DNA of 48,848 nucleotides, taken from NCBI GenBank assembly GCA_049967475.1, contig JBMFSQ010000025.1, positions 1 to 48,848 of the forward strand, in the 5' to 3' direction. Source of the stretch: Chthonomonadales bacterium. Lineage in GTDB: Bacteria; Armatimonadota; Chthonomonadetes; Chthonomonadales; CAJBBX01. Position 1 is the stretch's first letter; every line of letters begins with the position of its first letter. Below the pieces are notes generated by a model. That model was not told the origin of the DNA and ran no database searches. It saw only the letters and a program-made list of their open reading frames with translations. Positions 39,651-48,848 of this stretch are shown here, piece by piece. Both the position numbers and the translations under genes were made by a program.

Positions 39651-41981
39651 TTACTCCTTGGTGAGGAATTCGTCCATGTTCAGGAGCACGTTCGCTACTA
39701 CCATCCGAGCGGCCCGTTCCGGCGCATCCGGTGCGGCGGAAGCGAGACCAGCCAGCGCGCAGGCTGCCTGGGCATCTTGCTGATAACGGCGGAGTTCAGC
39801 CTGATAGAGCCGCTCAAGAGAAGCAAGCTCCTGAGGCTTGGGCCGGCGTGCAGTGCACAGGCGAAAGCCCAAGGCGATGCCCCTGCGTACGGAGGCTTCT
39901 GCTCCCATGCGTGCTGCCAATCCCCGCGCCGCTTCTATAAAAGCCGGGTCGTTGAGGGTGGTAAGCGCCTGGAGAGGCGTGGTGGTGCGGATGCGGCGGA
40001 CGGTGCAAAACTCACGGCTTGGGGCATCGAAGGTTACAAACTGCGGGTAAGGCGAGGTGCGCCGCCAGAAGGTGTAAAGCGATCGGCGGTATCGGTCAGC
40101 CCCTTCGCTGGTGACCCACCGGTCTGCGTTGTAGGGGATCTGCCAAATGCCCTCCGGCTGCAGTGGGAACACAGAGGGGCCGCCGATCTTCAAACTGAGT
40201 AGACCGGCCGCTGCCAGGGCACAGTCGCGGATCATCTCGGCCTCCATTCGGAAGCGGGGGCCACGGGCCAGAAGCTTGTTGTAGGGATCCCGTTCCAGCA
40301 GGGCCGCACTGGCGCGGGAGCTTTGCTGGTAGGTAGCCGACGTGACCATGAGGCGCAGCATGGATTTGATGGACCATCCGCGTCGGAGGAATTCCGTAGC
40401 AAGCCAGTCCAACAGTTCCGGATGGGTCGGCGGGCTCCCCTGGGTGCCGAAGTCTTCTGTGGTTTCTACGATGCCCCTTCCGAAAAGGGTTTCCCACAGC
40501 CGGTTGACGGTGACCCTGGCGGTGAGAGGGTTCTGAGGATCTGTAATCCAAAGGGCCAGCCCCAGGCGGTTGAGGGGTGCATTACGCGGGAAAGGGTTGA
40601 GGGCGGCGGGCGTACCTGCAGTTACCAGCTCACCGCGGCTGAGATATGCGCCTTTGATGTGGGTATACGTAGAGGGCGTCTTGCCGTCTTGCTTCTCGCG
40701 CATGATGAGCGTGGTGGGGATGGAGAGCGCCGCGATCTTAGCTGAAAGATCGTCCCGCATTCGGGCGGCCTGCTCCCTTTGGTCCTTCGGAGTGTCGGGC
40801 GCCTTTACGAGCTTGTCCAACTCGTCCATACGGGATTGCAGGCGGGCGCGCTCGGCCTGCTGCTGGGGGGTTGGCAGATCCAGAACGGGCTCTTCGGTGT
40901 GGTCGAAGAAGGCAAAGAAGCGGTAATAATCCTTTTGGGTAAATGGATCATACTTGTGATCATGGCACTGTGCACACTGGAGCGTAGTTCCGAGCCATAC
41001 GGCCGAGGTGGTGGCCACGCGGTCCACAAGAGTAAGCCATCGCTGCTCCTCCCGATCTACGCCGCCCTCTTCGTTGATCATGGTGTTGCGGTGGAAGCCC
41101 GTGGCGATCAACTGATCGCGCGTGGCTCCGGGCAGCAGGTCTCCGGCGATCTGCTGGATGGTGAATTGGTTGAAGGGCATGTCCTGGTTAAAGGCCGCGA
41201 TGACCCAATCCCGATAGGGCCACATGGAACGGCGGGCATCCTTCTCGTATCCGTTGGTGTCGGCGTAGCGGGCCATGTCCAGCCAGGGGCGGGCCCAGCG
41301 TTCACCGAAGTGCGGCGAGGCGAGGAGGCGATCCACCACCTTTTCGTAGGCGTTGGGGCTCCGATCGGCAAGGAAGGCGTCCAATTCGGCCGGAGTAGGC
41401 GGGAGCCCTGTAAGGTCCAGGGACACGCGGCGCAGCAGGGTGGATTTGGACGCCGGCGGCGACGGCAGAAGATGCTCCTTCTCCAGGCGGGCGAGAACGA
41501 AGAAATCTATCCCGTTTCGGCACCAATCCCGGCGCTTTACCTGGGGCAGCGGCGGCCTGCGTGGGGGGATATACGCCCAATGGGGGCGTGCCTTCCCTTC
41601 GGGCCAAGGGGCTCCGGCATCTACCCATGCGCGCAGGGTGGCGATCTGCTGCGGCGTGAGGGGCGCAAAGCCATAGGGCATGCGGGGCTTTCCGCCCAGT
41701 CCTTGCACGCGTGCCAGAAGAAGGCTGCCGGCGGAGTTTCCGGGCAATATCGCCGGTCCGCTCATGCCGCCTTTTAGGGCATCTTTCTTTTGGTCCAGCC
41801 GCAGGCCGGCCTGGTGGCTGGAGGCACCGTGGCACTGGTAGCAATGAGCGCGGAAGATGGGCTGTACGTCGCGCAGGTAGTCCACCCGGAAGCGCGTTTG
41901 GGCTGCGGTGACGGCCGGAGAGAAAGCCACCGCCGCTGCCATGAGGTAACGTGAGAGCCGATTGGGTGAGTAATGCTCCAT
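39651..41981 (-). CDS. Planctomycete-type cytochrome c with DUF1549 (PSCyt2) and DUF1553 (PSD1) domains
   Basis: Haem motifs CYQCH and [63 protein letters not shown]. Confidence 0.93.
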   Translation of the reverse strand: MEHYSPNRLSRYLMAAAVAFSPAVTAAQTRFRVDYLRDVQPIFRAHCYQCHGASSHQAGLRLDQKKDALKGGMSGPAILPGNSAGSLLLARVQGLGGKPRMPYGFAPLTPQQIATLRAWVDAGAPWPEGKARPHWAYIPPRRPPLPQVKRRDWCRNGIDFFVLARLEKEHLLPSPPASKSTLLRRVSLDLTGLPPTPAELDAFLADRSPNAYEKVVDRLLASPHFGERWARPWLDMARYADTNGYEKDARRSMWPYRDWVIAAFNQDMPFNQFTIQQIAGDLLPGATRDQLIATGFHRNTMINEEGGVDREEQRWLTLVDRVATTSAVWLGTTLQCAQCHDHKYDPFTQKDYYRFFAFFDHTEEPVLDLPTPQQQAERARLQSRMDELDKLVKAPDTPKDQREQAARMRDDLSAKIAALSIPTTLIMREKQDGKTPSTYTHIKGAYLSRGELVTAGTPAALNPFPRNAPLNRLGLALWITDPQNPLTARVTVNRLWETLFGRGIVETTEDFGTQGSPPTHPELLDWLATEFLRRGWSIKSMLRLMVTSATYQQSSRASAALLERDPYNKLLARGPRFRMEAEMIRDCALAAAGLLSLKIGGPSVFPLQPEGIWQIPYNADRWVTSEGADRYRRSLYTFWRRTSPYPQFVTFDAPSREFCTVRRIRTTTPLQALTTLNDPAFIEAARGLAARMGAEASVRRGIALGFRLCTARRPKPQELASLERLYQAELRRYQQDAQAACALAGLASAAPDAPERAARMVVANVLLNMDEFLTKE

Positions 41982-42331
41982 GGGTTGCCTCTCGGGAAAG
42001 CACCTTATGTTATGCAATAGGAATATTCCGCAACATGCCCGGAATCCTTCTCTTCTGCCGCATTGTAAGCAAACCGTTGGGAGCGCGGGTTCACACAGGG
42101 GAATGATGCCCGTATAAAAACCGGGCACAACGGCCGGGCATCGCTGTGCGTCTCATCATTGTAGAGCGCCCGCACCGGCTCAAGCAGCCGGCCGGTCGGA
42201 AGGATCCGCGCCCATTGCCCTATAATGGACAGGTGGCCTAAGGAAATGGCTCCAAGCAACCAAGTAATAAAGCGAGGATGCGCTGCGCCGTCTGAGCCCG
42301 ACACCCGCTAGCCCAAGGAGTAGGTAGACCT

Positions 42332-44560
42332 ATGCGCCGTACAACCGTGTTCGTGTGCCTGGCAGCTCTTGTTGCGCTGGGCCGTGCTGCCCAGGCTCAA
42401 CAGACACCAGAAGAGACCCTTGCTGCAGCTTCGGCACTCTTCGATGCAGCACGGTATGCCGAAGCCGCACAGAAGCTGGAGGCCTATCTCGCGGGCAGCC
42501 CCAATCCCGCCAAGGTAGGTGCCGCGGCGCTGGCTCTGGGAATGTGCCGAACCCAACTCAAGCAATACGCTGAGGCCATCCCCGCATACGAGAAGGCCAT
42601 CGCATCCAAAGATGATGCCGTAGTAACCACAGCCCAGTTTCGATTGGGGGAAGCGGCGCTGTACGCCGGGCAGTTTGCCAAAGCTGCGCCGGCCTTGGAG
42701 GCCGCACTCAAGGACCACCTCAAGCCGGAGCAGGAGGCATTGGCCTGGTACTGGCTTGGCGAGGCGCAATACCAGCTCAAGCGCTATCCCCAGGCGGAAG
42801 AGGCGTACTCCAAGGTGACGCGGGACTTCGCCAAGGCCGATTTTTGTGACGCAGCGTGGTTCGGTGCCGGATTGGCTGCGGCGAAGCAGGGCAAGACCAA
42901 CCAGGCGCGCGCTTGCTTCAATACCGTTATCGAGAAGTTCCCTGCCAGTGATCAACGCCCGGATGCCATGTTGGCGCTGGCCCAGACCTACGCCGATGCA
43001 AAGAAGCTTCCGGAGGCCCGCCAGGCTTACGAAGCAATGCTCTCGGATGCCCAGGTGAAGGCGAAGGGCGGAAGCGTGTTGGTCGCCGGTACCGAGGGGC
43101 TGGCCCGCGTGTTGCTGGACCAGGGAGATTGGGCAGCGGCGGCGCCCAGATTGGAAGCCTTCGCCGGTCTGTTGAAGCCGGATGATCCGCGGCGCTTCAG
43201 GGCAGAGCTGGAACTGGGCAATTGCCGCTACCGGTTGAAGCAGTTCGATGCAGCGCTGCCGGCATACCAGGAGGCTGCCAAGTCGGGGGAAGAGGCTGTG
43301 GTGCGGGAGGCGCTCTATTGGGCAGCCAATGCAGAATTGGCTCTGGAGCGCTATGCGGACGCCGCCGCCCACTTCGCGCAGGTGGCCGCAAGGTACCCAA
43401 CTTCGGATATCGCCCCGAAGGCTCTTCTGCGTGCAGGCGATGCCTATACCTCGGCCAAGCAGCCGGAACAGGCCGCCCAAGCCTATCGGGCGGTACTGGA
43501 TAAGTACCCACAGTCGCCCCAGGCAGAGGAAGCCGGGCGCGCCATTGGAGACATGGTGGCCTCCGTCACGGATCCGGCGCAGCTTGCAGCCGTAATCAAA
43601 ACCGCTCCTCCCGCAGACCGGAACCGGGGCATGCTGCGCCTGGCCCGCATCCATTTGGAAGGAAAGCGCTTTAGCGAAGCTGCAGCAGTGCTGGCAGATC
43701 TGCTCAAGGCAAACCCGGATGCCGCCATGGCTGCAGAAGCTAATTACATGCTGGGGCTCGCCGACGAAGCGCTGCAGAAGGATCGCGAGGCCGTGGCTGC
43801 TTACCAAGCTGCTGTGGCAGGGGCGCCTTCGGCCGGATGGGTTGTAGACGCCCAGACACGCTCGGCATGGATCTACCTGGATCTGAAGCAGAGTGATCAG
43901 GCTGAGAAATGCGCTCTGGCTGCCTTAGCCGCCAAGCCCGACGCACAAGCGGAGCAGCAGATCCGCTTAGCTTTATTGCAAGCCCAATTGGATCAGCAGA
44001 AGTGGGATGCGGCAGACGCCACGTGCAAGGCGCTTATAGCGGCGAACCCTCCCCAAGACACGCTTGCGACCCTAATCTACACGGCAGCATGGGTCAGCGC
44101 AAAGCGAGGCAAGCCGGATGAGGGGACGCCGTATTGGGAGCAGATCGTCAAGCAGTTTCCCAAGAGCCAATACGCCGCCGAAGCCATGCTTCGGGTGGGC
44201 GATGCCCGCATGAAGGCGCAGAAGTACGATGAAGCCCGCGACCAGTATGCGGCGCTTCTGGCGACATTCCCCAAGAGCTCTTTGGTCACCGAGGCTCATT
44301 TCAAGCTGGGCAGCGCTCTGTTCAACCTCAATAAGTTCGAGGAGGCCGCAGCCCAATTCGACGCGGTCTGGCCGGACAAATCCGCCGGACCCCTGGCCCC
44401 CGAGGCTCTCTATTGGGCAGGCGTGTCCTTCGAGAAGCTCAACAAGAAGACCGAGGCCATTCAGCGCCTCAGCAAACTGGTGTCCACCTATCCTACCCAT
44501 GGGCGCGTAGCCAATGCCCGCATCAGGCTGGCAGCCCTAAGGGCAGTGGCAGGGAATTGA
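42332..44560 (+). CDS. Secreted long TPR-repeat protein (CpoB/BamD-like repeats)
   Basis: Signal peptide AAQA-Q and many repeats of the type A.Y..G.....A...Y..V...YP.S. AAGGAG RBS. Confidence 0.9.
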   Translation: MRRTTVFVCLAALVALGRAAQAQQTPEETLAAASALFDAARYAEAAQKLEAYLAGSPNPAKVGAAALALGMCRTQLKQYAEAIPAYEKAIASKDDAVVTTAQFRLGEAALYAGQFAKAAPALEAALKDHLKPEQEALAWYWLGEAQYQLKRYPQAEEAYSKVTRDFAKADFCDAAWFGAGLAAAKQGKTNQARACFNTVIEKFPASDQRPDAMLALAQTYADAKKLPEARQAYEAMLSDAQVKAKGGSVLVAGTEGLARVLLDQGDWAAAAPRLEAFAGLLKPDDPRRFRAELELGNCRYRLKQFDAALPAYQEAAKSGEEAVVREALYWAANAELALERYADAAAHFAQVAARYPTSDIAPKALLRAGDAYTSAKQPEQAAQAYRAVLDKYPQSPQAEEAGRAIGDMVASVTDPAQLAAVIKTAPPADRNRGMLRLARIHLEGKRFSEAAAVLADLLKANPDAAMAAEANYMLGLADEALQKDREAVAAYQAAVAGAPSAGWVVDAQTRSAWIYLDLKQSDQAEKCALAALAAKPDAQAEQQIRLALLQAQLDQQKWDAADATCKALIAANPPQDTLATLIYTAAWVSAKRGKPDEGTPYWEQIVKQFPKSQYAAEAMLRVGDARMKAQKYDEARDQYAALLATFPKSSLVTEAHFKLGSALFNLNKFEEAAAQFDAVWPDKSAGPLAPEALYWAGVSFEKLNKKTEAIQRLSKLVSTYPTHGRVANARIRLAALRAVAGN

Positions 44561-44635
44561 AGGCGCCGCCCCACCGGCGGCACCAATCCACAGGGAGGTC
44601 CCGCAACAGTTCGGGATTGAAGGAAAGGATGTAGT

Positions 44636-45250
44636 ATGCTGGAACTTTTTCAACGCGGCGGTTTTGCAGCCTACCCGTTGGCGGTTTGTTCCGTATTGGC
44701 GGTAGGCATCATGCTCGAGCGCCTCTACACCCTGGGGCGCCTCAAGCGTGCAGAAGCGAGGGCGTTTCAGTATCTCAAATCCGTCCTCGCGTCGGGGCGG
44801 GAGCCCAACCTGGGGAACAGGGATGTGGCAGGAGCGCCCATTACTGAGGTGCTTCGCACCGTAGGGCGCATCGGCGGCGAGGGCGGACCTTCGCCCGCTT
44901 CGGTGGATATCGCCTTAGCCGGCCAGCGCCTGCGCCTCCGCCGGTACCTGAGCACTCTGGCAACCATTGGGAGCACCGCGCCCTTCATCGGCCTCTTCGG
45001 CACGGTCCTCGGGGTCATGCGCGCCTTCCAGGAGATGAGCCGAAGCAGCCTGAGTGGCGAAGCTATGGCGGCAGGCATCTCCGAAGCCCTCAGCGCAACG
45101 GCTCTGGGCCTGATGGTGGCGATACCCAGCGTCATCGCCTACAACTTCCTCCTCAACAAGGTGCAGGCGATGCTCCTGGATATCCAGTTCCACGCTGCAG
45201 AGCTCGTGGAAGACACTGCGGACGGCGTCCGCGTCGAACAGGCGGCGTAA
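44636..45250 (+). CDS. MotA/TolQ/ExbB proton-channel protein
   Basis: LATIGSTAPFIGLFGTVLGV and AGISEAL.ATALGL.VAIP. Confidence 0.95.
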   Translation: MLELFQRGGFAAYPLAVCSVLAVGIMLERLYTLGRLKRAEARAFQYLKSVLASGREPNLGNRDVAGAPITEVLRTVGRIGGEGGPSPASVDIALAGQRLRLRRYLSTLATIGSTAPFIGLFGTVLGVMRAFQEMSRSSLSGEAMAAGISEALSATALGLMVAIPSVIAYNFLLNKVQAMLLDIQFHAAELVEDTADGVRVEQAA

Positions 45251-45251
45251 C

Positions 45252-45761
45252 ATGCACAAGATCCATGCTCTCGAAGACGAACCTATGGCCGAGATGAACC
45301 TCATCCCCATGATTGATGTGGCCCTTACGCTCCTCATCATCATGATGGTAACCACCGTGTTCATCCGCCATCCCGGCGTGTCCCTCAAGCTTCCCGAGAC
45401 GGCAACGCGCGAGGGCGCTCCTGAGACGAAGAAGGACCTCACTGTGGTGGTTACTGCGGACGGAAGCCTCTACATGGATGGCCAGAAGAAGACTGAGCAA
45501 GAAGTCCAGTCCCAACTCTTGGCCCTGTCTGCCCGGGACCGCAACGCCCGCGTGCTCGTCAAAGGGGACCGCGACGTGGTGTACGCGCGCGTGATGGAAG
45601 TGATGGACATGGTGCGCCAGGCCGGCCTTACCCGGGTGGTGCTGCCGACGGAACCCAAGCTCAGTGCTCCGCGCCGCGCCGGGGTCACGCACGCGCAAAC
45701 GAAGCCGGCGGATGGCCGCGTGGCTTCGCGCACGGAACCTGCAGCGGGCAGCCTTCGATAG
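45252..45761 (+). CDS. ExbD/TolR family protein
   Basis: EMNLIPMIDVALTLLIIMMV (essential TM Asp, D22), V.LKLP, KGDR.V.Y..V..VMD....AG. Confidence 0.95.
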   Translation: MHKIHALEDEPMAEMNLIPMIDVALTLLIIMMVTTVFIRHPGVSLKLPETATREGAPETKKDLTVVVTADGSLYMDGQKKTEQEVQSQLLALSARDRNARVLVKGDRDVVYARVMEVMDMVRQAGLTRVVLPTEPKLSAPRRAGVTHAQTKPADGRVASRTEPAAGSLR

Positions 45762-45794
45762 AGGGATTGCCCGCGCCTCCACGGAAGGTGCCCT

Positions 45795-47717
45795 ATGAGT
45801 TCTATGATGCGAATTGAACGCTGGTACTGGCTGCTGTACTTCTGCGCCATCTCTCTGGCCCTCCATGTAGTGGCGGTGCTGCGGAGCCGCACCTTCGCCT
45901 ATCCCATCGCGCTGCCTACCCCCACGCACCAGATCGAGGTGGCGCTGGAGCCGCCTGCAGAACCGAAGCCCGCGGCACCAAAGCCGCCGGCAAAGAAGTC
46001 TGCCGCCAGGACTGTGCGTACTCCTTCTCCGCGCATTGCCGCACAGCGGCCTCAGCGCGTGGTGCGCGTGCACGCGACCGCACCGCGGCGTATCGCCATG
46101 GCGCGTGTCTTCAGGGTGCCCCACATGGCGCCGCCGGCTCCAAGAACCGAGGTTCGCGCTGCCGAGCCTCCCAAGGAGGCCGTCAAAGTTGCCGCAAACA
46201 ATACGGTTCCCGGCGGACCGAATCCTCTGCCTGGTGAGAAGCTGGAGCCGCTGGGAGTGCCCTACACGCGGTCGGGACAGGGAGTTCCTCGGCTTCGGCG
46301 CATCGCCCGGGCGATGCCCATGCCCATGGCGGGAGGCTCACCGGCGCCCGGCGTGGTGCTGGGCGGCCACGGAGGCGCCCCGGGGCCCGAAGCCCCGCCG
46401 CAGGACGTCCTGTGGAACGGAGGCGGTTCCGGAGGTGCCGATCTGCCTCGCGAGGCTCCGCGTTTGGGAGGGGGAGGAGGGCGCTCCATCCTCTCCGTAG
46501 AGAACCCCCTTGCCCATGAAGCGATCCCTGAAGACCGCCCCGGCATAGGGCCCGGTACGGGCGGAGGTGAGGGCGCCGGTTCCGGAGGCGGCGCGGGTTT
46601 CTGGCGGGGTGCAGGCATCGGGACACGACCTGGAGGCCGGTATGACCTGGCCACGCTGCACGCAGGGTCCGGCCAAGGGATCGGAGGCGGCAAAGGTTCC
46701 GGACTGGGAACGAGGGCTCCGGGAGGTGGCCGCGGAACGGGCTCGGAGCTGCCGGGAACAGGGGGCCTTGGAAGCGGTTACGGCCGGGGCGAAGGCAGCG
46801 GCTTCGGCACGCGGCCCACGCGTTCTCACCTTCTCATAGCGGAGAACCCCCTTGCCCGCGAAACAGCGCTCCATGAGCGGCCTGGCTATGACACGGGTGT
46901 GGATGAAGGCGGTGCCGGCAGATACGCCATAGCCGGCCTGGGAGGCCGCCCAGGACCCGGACTGGGGAGAGGCATCGGAAGCGGCATCGGCAACGGAACG
47001 CCGGGCGGCCGTCGGCGGGCGGCTCCGGAAGTTCCAGGAGGAGGCGGCGGCGGACTGGGCAACGGCTCGGGGCCGGGTTCCGGTATGGGAACGCGGCAGG
47101 TTGCTGCTGCGCCGCACAATCCGGAACACGTGGCGGACGTGTTGCGCAGCGCAGGTCGCGGAGCCATCTTTGGAGTGAGGCCCCGCACTACAACCGTCAA
47201 TGACGGGCCCCTCCATATCGTCTACGTGCTGGACCTTTCCGACTCCATGCATGAACAAGACAAGATCGGCAAGGCACGCCGGGCGCTCCAGCACGCCCTT
47301 TCGGAACTGGAGCTGCGCGACACCTTCAATATCGTGACCTTTGCGAGCCAGGTACACACGTTCCGGCCGACTATGGTCCAGGCGAACAACCAGAATATCG
47401 CTGCGGCCAAGGAGTGGGCCGAGAGCTTCGAGACGGGCATCGAGACGAACCTTTCCGGCGGGTTGAAGGCCGCGCTGGGAATGAACGGCATCACCCATGT
47501 GGTGCTCCTTACGGATGGCGAACCCACCATCGGCATCCGAAACAAGGAGCAGCTTCGCGCTGCGGTGAAGCGCTGGAATACCCAGCACGCCCAGATTATC
47601 GCGCTGGCCCTGGTGCTGCGGGAGCACGAAATGAACAGCGACCTGCTGCGGGCTCTGGCGGAGGACAACGGCGGCACCTTCTCGGAGATCAACTTGGCCA
47701 CACACCGCGGGCGCTAG
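45795..47717 (+). CDS. TonB/TolA-like single-pass protein: SxxxH anchor, Pro-rich and Gly-rich linker, C-terminal VWA domain
   Basis: TM ...ISLALHVVAVL (S20/H24), EPPAEPKPAAPKPPAKK, long Gly-rich tract. VWA with MIDAS VLDLSDSM, T in GIETNL, LLTDGEP, LRALAEDNGGTF. Confidence 0.85.
   Translation: MSSMMRIERWYWLLYFCAISLALHVVAVLRSRTFAYPIALPTPTHQIEVALEPPAEPKPAAPKPPAKKSAARTVRTPSPRIAAQRPQRVVRVHATAPRRIAMARVFRVPHMAPPAPRTEVRAAEPPKEAVKVAANNTVPGGPNPLPGEKLEPLGVPYTRSGQGVPRLRRIARAMPMPMAGGSPAPGVVLGGHGGAPGPEAPPQDVLWNGGGSGGADLPREAPRLGGGGGRSILSVENPLAHEAIPEDRPGIGPGTGGGEGAGSGGGAGFWRGAGIGTRPGGRYDLATLHAGSGQGIGGGKGSGLGTRAPGGGRGTGSELPGTGGLGSGYGRGEGSGFGTRPTRSHLLIAENPLARETALHERPGYDTGVDEGGAGRYAIAGLGGRPGPGLGRGIGSGIGNGTPGGRRRAAPEVPGGGGGGLGNGSGPGSGMGTRQVAAAPHNPEHVADVLRSAGRGAIFGVRPRTTTVNDGPLHIVYVLDLSDSMHEQDKIGKARRALQHALSELELRDTFNIVTFASQVHTFRPTMVQANNQNIAAAKEWAESFETGIETNLSGGLKAALGMNGITHVVLLTDGEPTIGIRNKEQLRAAVKRWNTQHAQIIALALVLREHEMNSDLLRALAEDNGGTFSEINLATHRGR
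46500..47100 (+). repeat. Internal diverged duplication (342-nt offset) in the Gly-rich linker
   Basis: Exact 16-mer GAGAACCCCCTTGCCC at 46500 and 46842. Peptides ENPLAHEAIPEDRPG and ENPLARETALHERPG, each unit ending G.GSG.GTR. Confidence 0.65.
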
Positions 47718-47751
47718 CAGGGGCACGGCGGGCCATCCTCCACGTGCGCCT

Positions 47752-48729
47752 CTATTGCTCTGAATAGAGGTGGCAGCGAACAGTCCGTCCGTCGCCGGGG
47801 GCGATATCGGCGGGCTCGCGGATGCGGCAGATCTCCATGGCGCGAGGGCACCGGGGTGCAAAGGCGCATCCCTGGGGCAGTGCAGCCATGTCAGGCGGCT
47901 GCCCGGGGATAAAGGGAAGGCGGTGCGGCTTGGGTCCATCGAGCCTGGGCAAAGAGGCAAGGAGACCGGCCGTATAGGGGTGCAGCGGCGAGGCAAAGAT
48001 CCGGTGGGCCGGGCCCGTTTCTACGATCTCTCCGGCATACATCACCAGCACGCGGTCTACCATCTGGGCCACAACTCCCAGGTCGTGGGTGATGAGAAGC
48101 ACTGCCGCTCCCGTGCGCTTGCGAAAGGAATCCATCAGGCTCATGATCTGGGCCTGCACGGTGACGTCCAGGGCGGTGGTGGGCTCATCGGCGATGAGGA
48201 GGGATGGATTGCCGGCAAACGCCATGGCGATCATCACCCTTTGGCGTTGGCCCCCGCTTACCTGATGGGGATACTGGTGCATGCGGGCTTCCGGAGAGGG
48301 GATGTGTACGGCCCGAAGCAGTTCCAGGGCGCGTTGATAGGCCTCACGGCGCGTGACGGGCGTATGAGCGGCTGCGGCTTCCATCACCTGGGCGCCAAGC
48401 GTCATTGTGGGATTGAGCGACGTGAACGGATCCTGAAAGATCATAGCCATCCCGCGGCCGCGCACTTGGCGCATCTGGCGGCTGGGAAGGCTGAGGAGTT
48501 CCTGATCCTGAAACCGCACGCTTCCGCCTGTGATGCGGGCGGGCGGTTGGGGCACAAGACGCATGAGGGAAAGGGCGGTCATGCTCTTGCCGCAGCCGGA
48601 CTCCCCCACGATGCCGACTGCTTCACCGCGGTGGACCACGAAGCTCACGCCTCGAACAGCCTGCGCAACGCGGCCGCCGAGCCGAAGCTCCGTGCGGAGA
48701 CCTTCCACTTCCAGAAGCACATCGCTCAC
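47752..48729 (-). CDS. Oligopeptide/dipeptide ABC transporter ATPase (OppD/DppD family)
   Basis: GESGCGKS, FQDP..SLNP, YPHQVSGGQRQR, DEPTTALDVT, HPYT..LL, GCAFAPRC...VRCH. Confidence 0.95.
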   Translation of the reverse strand: MSDVLLEVEGLRTELRLGGRVAQAVRGVSFVVHRGEAVGIVGESGCGKSMTALSLMRLVPQPPARITGGSVRFQDQELLSLPSRQMRQVRGRGMAMIFQDPFTSLNPTMTLGAQVMEAAAAHTPVTRREAYQRALELLRAVHIPSPEARMHQYPHQVSGGQRQRVMIAMAFAGNPSLLIADEPTTALDVTVQAQIMSLMDSFRKRTGAAVLLITHDLGVVAQMVDRVLVMYAGEIVETGPAHRIFASPLHPYTAGLLASLPRLDGPKPHRLPFIPGQPPDMAALPQGCAFAPRCPRAMEICRIREPADIAPGDGRTVRCHLYSEQ

Positions 48730-48761
48730 CTGGCTTCATCCAACGTCGAGTGATTACGCGG

Positions 48762-48790
48762 AGTTTACCCCGGCGGCCCGCAGGCGTCAA
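48762..48790 (-). promoter_or_regulatory. sigma70-type promoter of the ABC ATPase gene
   Basis: Minus strand TTGACG (48790-48785), 17 nt, TAAACT (48767-48762). Confidence 0.65.
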
Positions 48791-48848
48791 CGCGGGTCTC
48801 TTCCCTCGTCGCCGGAAAACGTGCCCGATTTTTGGCAACAGGCGAGCA

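Noticed and set aside
42020..42029. Palindrome GGAATATTCC upstream of the PSD1 cytochrome gene
   Set aside because: A single 10-bp palindrome with no second copy or cognate regulator identified; could be chance.
42060..42140. GCAAACC-containing intergenic stretch as a possible c-di-GMP-I riboswitch
   Set aside because: It lacks the GAAA tetraloop and the GGGACGCAAA continuation.
42308..43807. 499-aa minus-strand ORF, and similar long ORFs at 9014-10216, 11641-13077, 18381-19613, 21619-22881, 29617-30807, 38563-39783 and 46338-47996
   Set aside because: Antisense shadows of well-supported genes in a high-GC genome, with no recognisable motifs.

Overview
High-GC bacterial window. Gene architectures (solute-binding protein/permease fusion, SLH-anchored porin, PSD1 cytochrome + DUF1501 pair) suggest a diderm Terrabacterium such as Armatimonadota; this is inference only. 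From left to right: (1) 1-2722, a decayed accessory array of short Cys-rich ORFs, each followed by a small partner gene (membrane, HEAT-repeat, TPR-like). It resembles orphan polymorphic-toxin tip/immunity cassettes, and one tip carries two tandem CS-alpha/beta defensin-like six-cysteine motifs. (2) ftsY, a TauE-like protein and a sugar ABC transporter without an ATPase gene. (3) A LysM-SH3-NlpC/P60 hydrolase. (4) A three-gene glycoside hydrolase cluster. (5) A SufR-like regulator, peptidase C26, Gfo/Idh/MocA, accDA, pheA, ThuA-like and GNAT genes. (6) A full phosphate locus (SLH-porin, pstS, fused pstC-pstA, pstB, phoB, phoR, second pstS, phoU) with two matching 11-bp-period Pho-box promoters, divergent from an atypical membrane pyrophosphatase. 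(7) PSD1 cytochrome c + DUF1501. (8) A TPR-ExbB-ExbD operon whose TonB/TolA-like partner ends in a VWA domain. (9) A stand-alone OppD-type ATPase. No rRNA, tRNA, CRISPR array or transposase was recognised. All assignments are by motif recognition without database searches.
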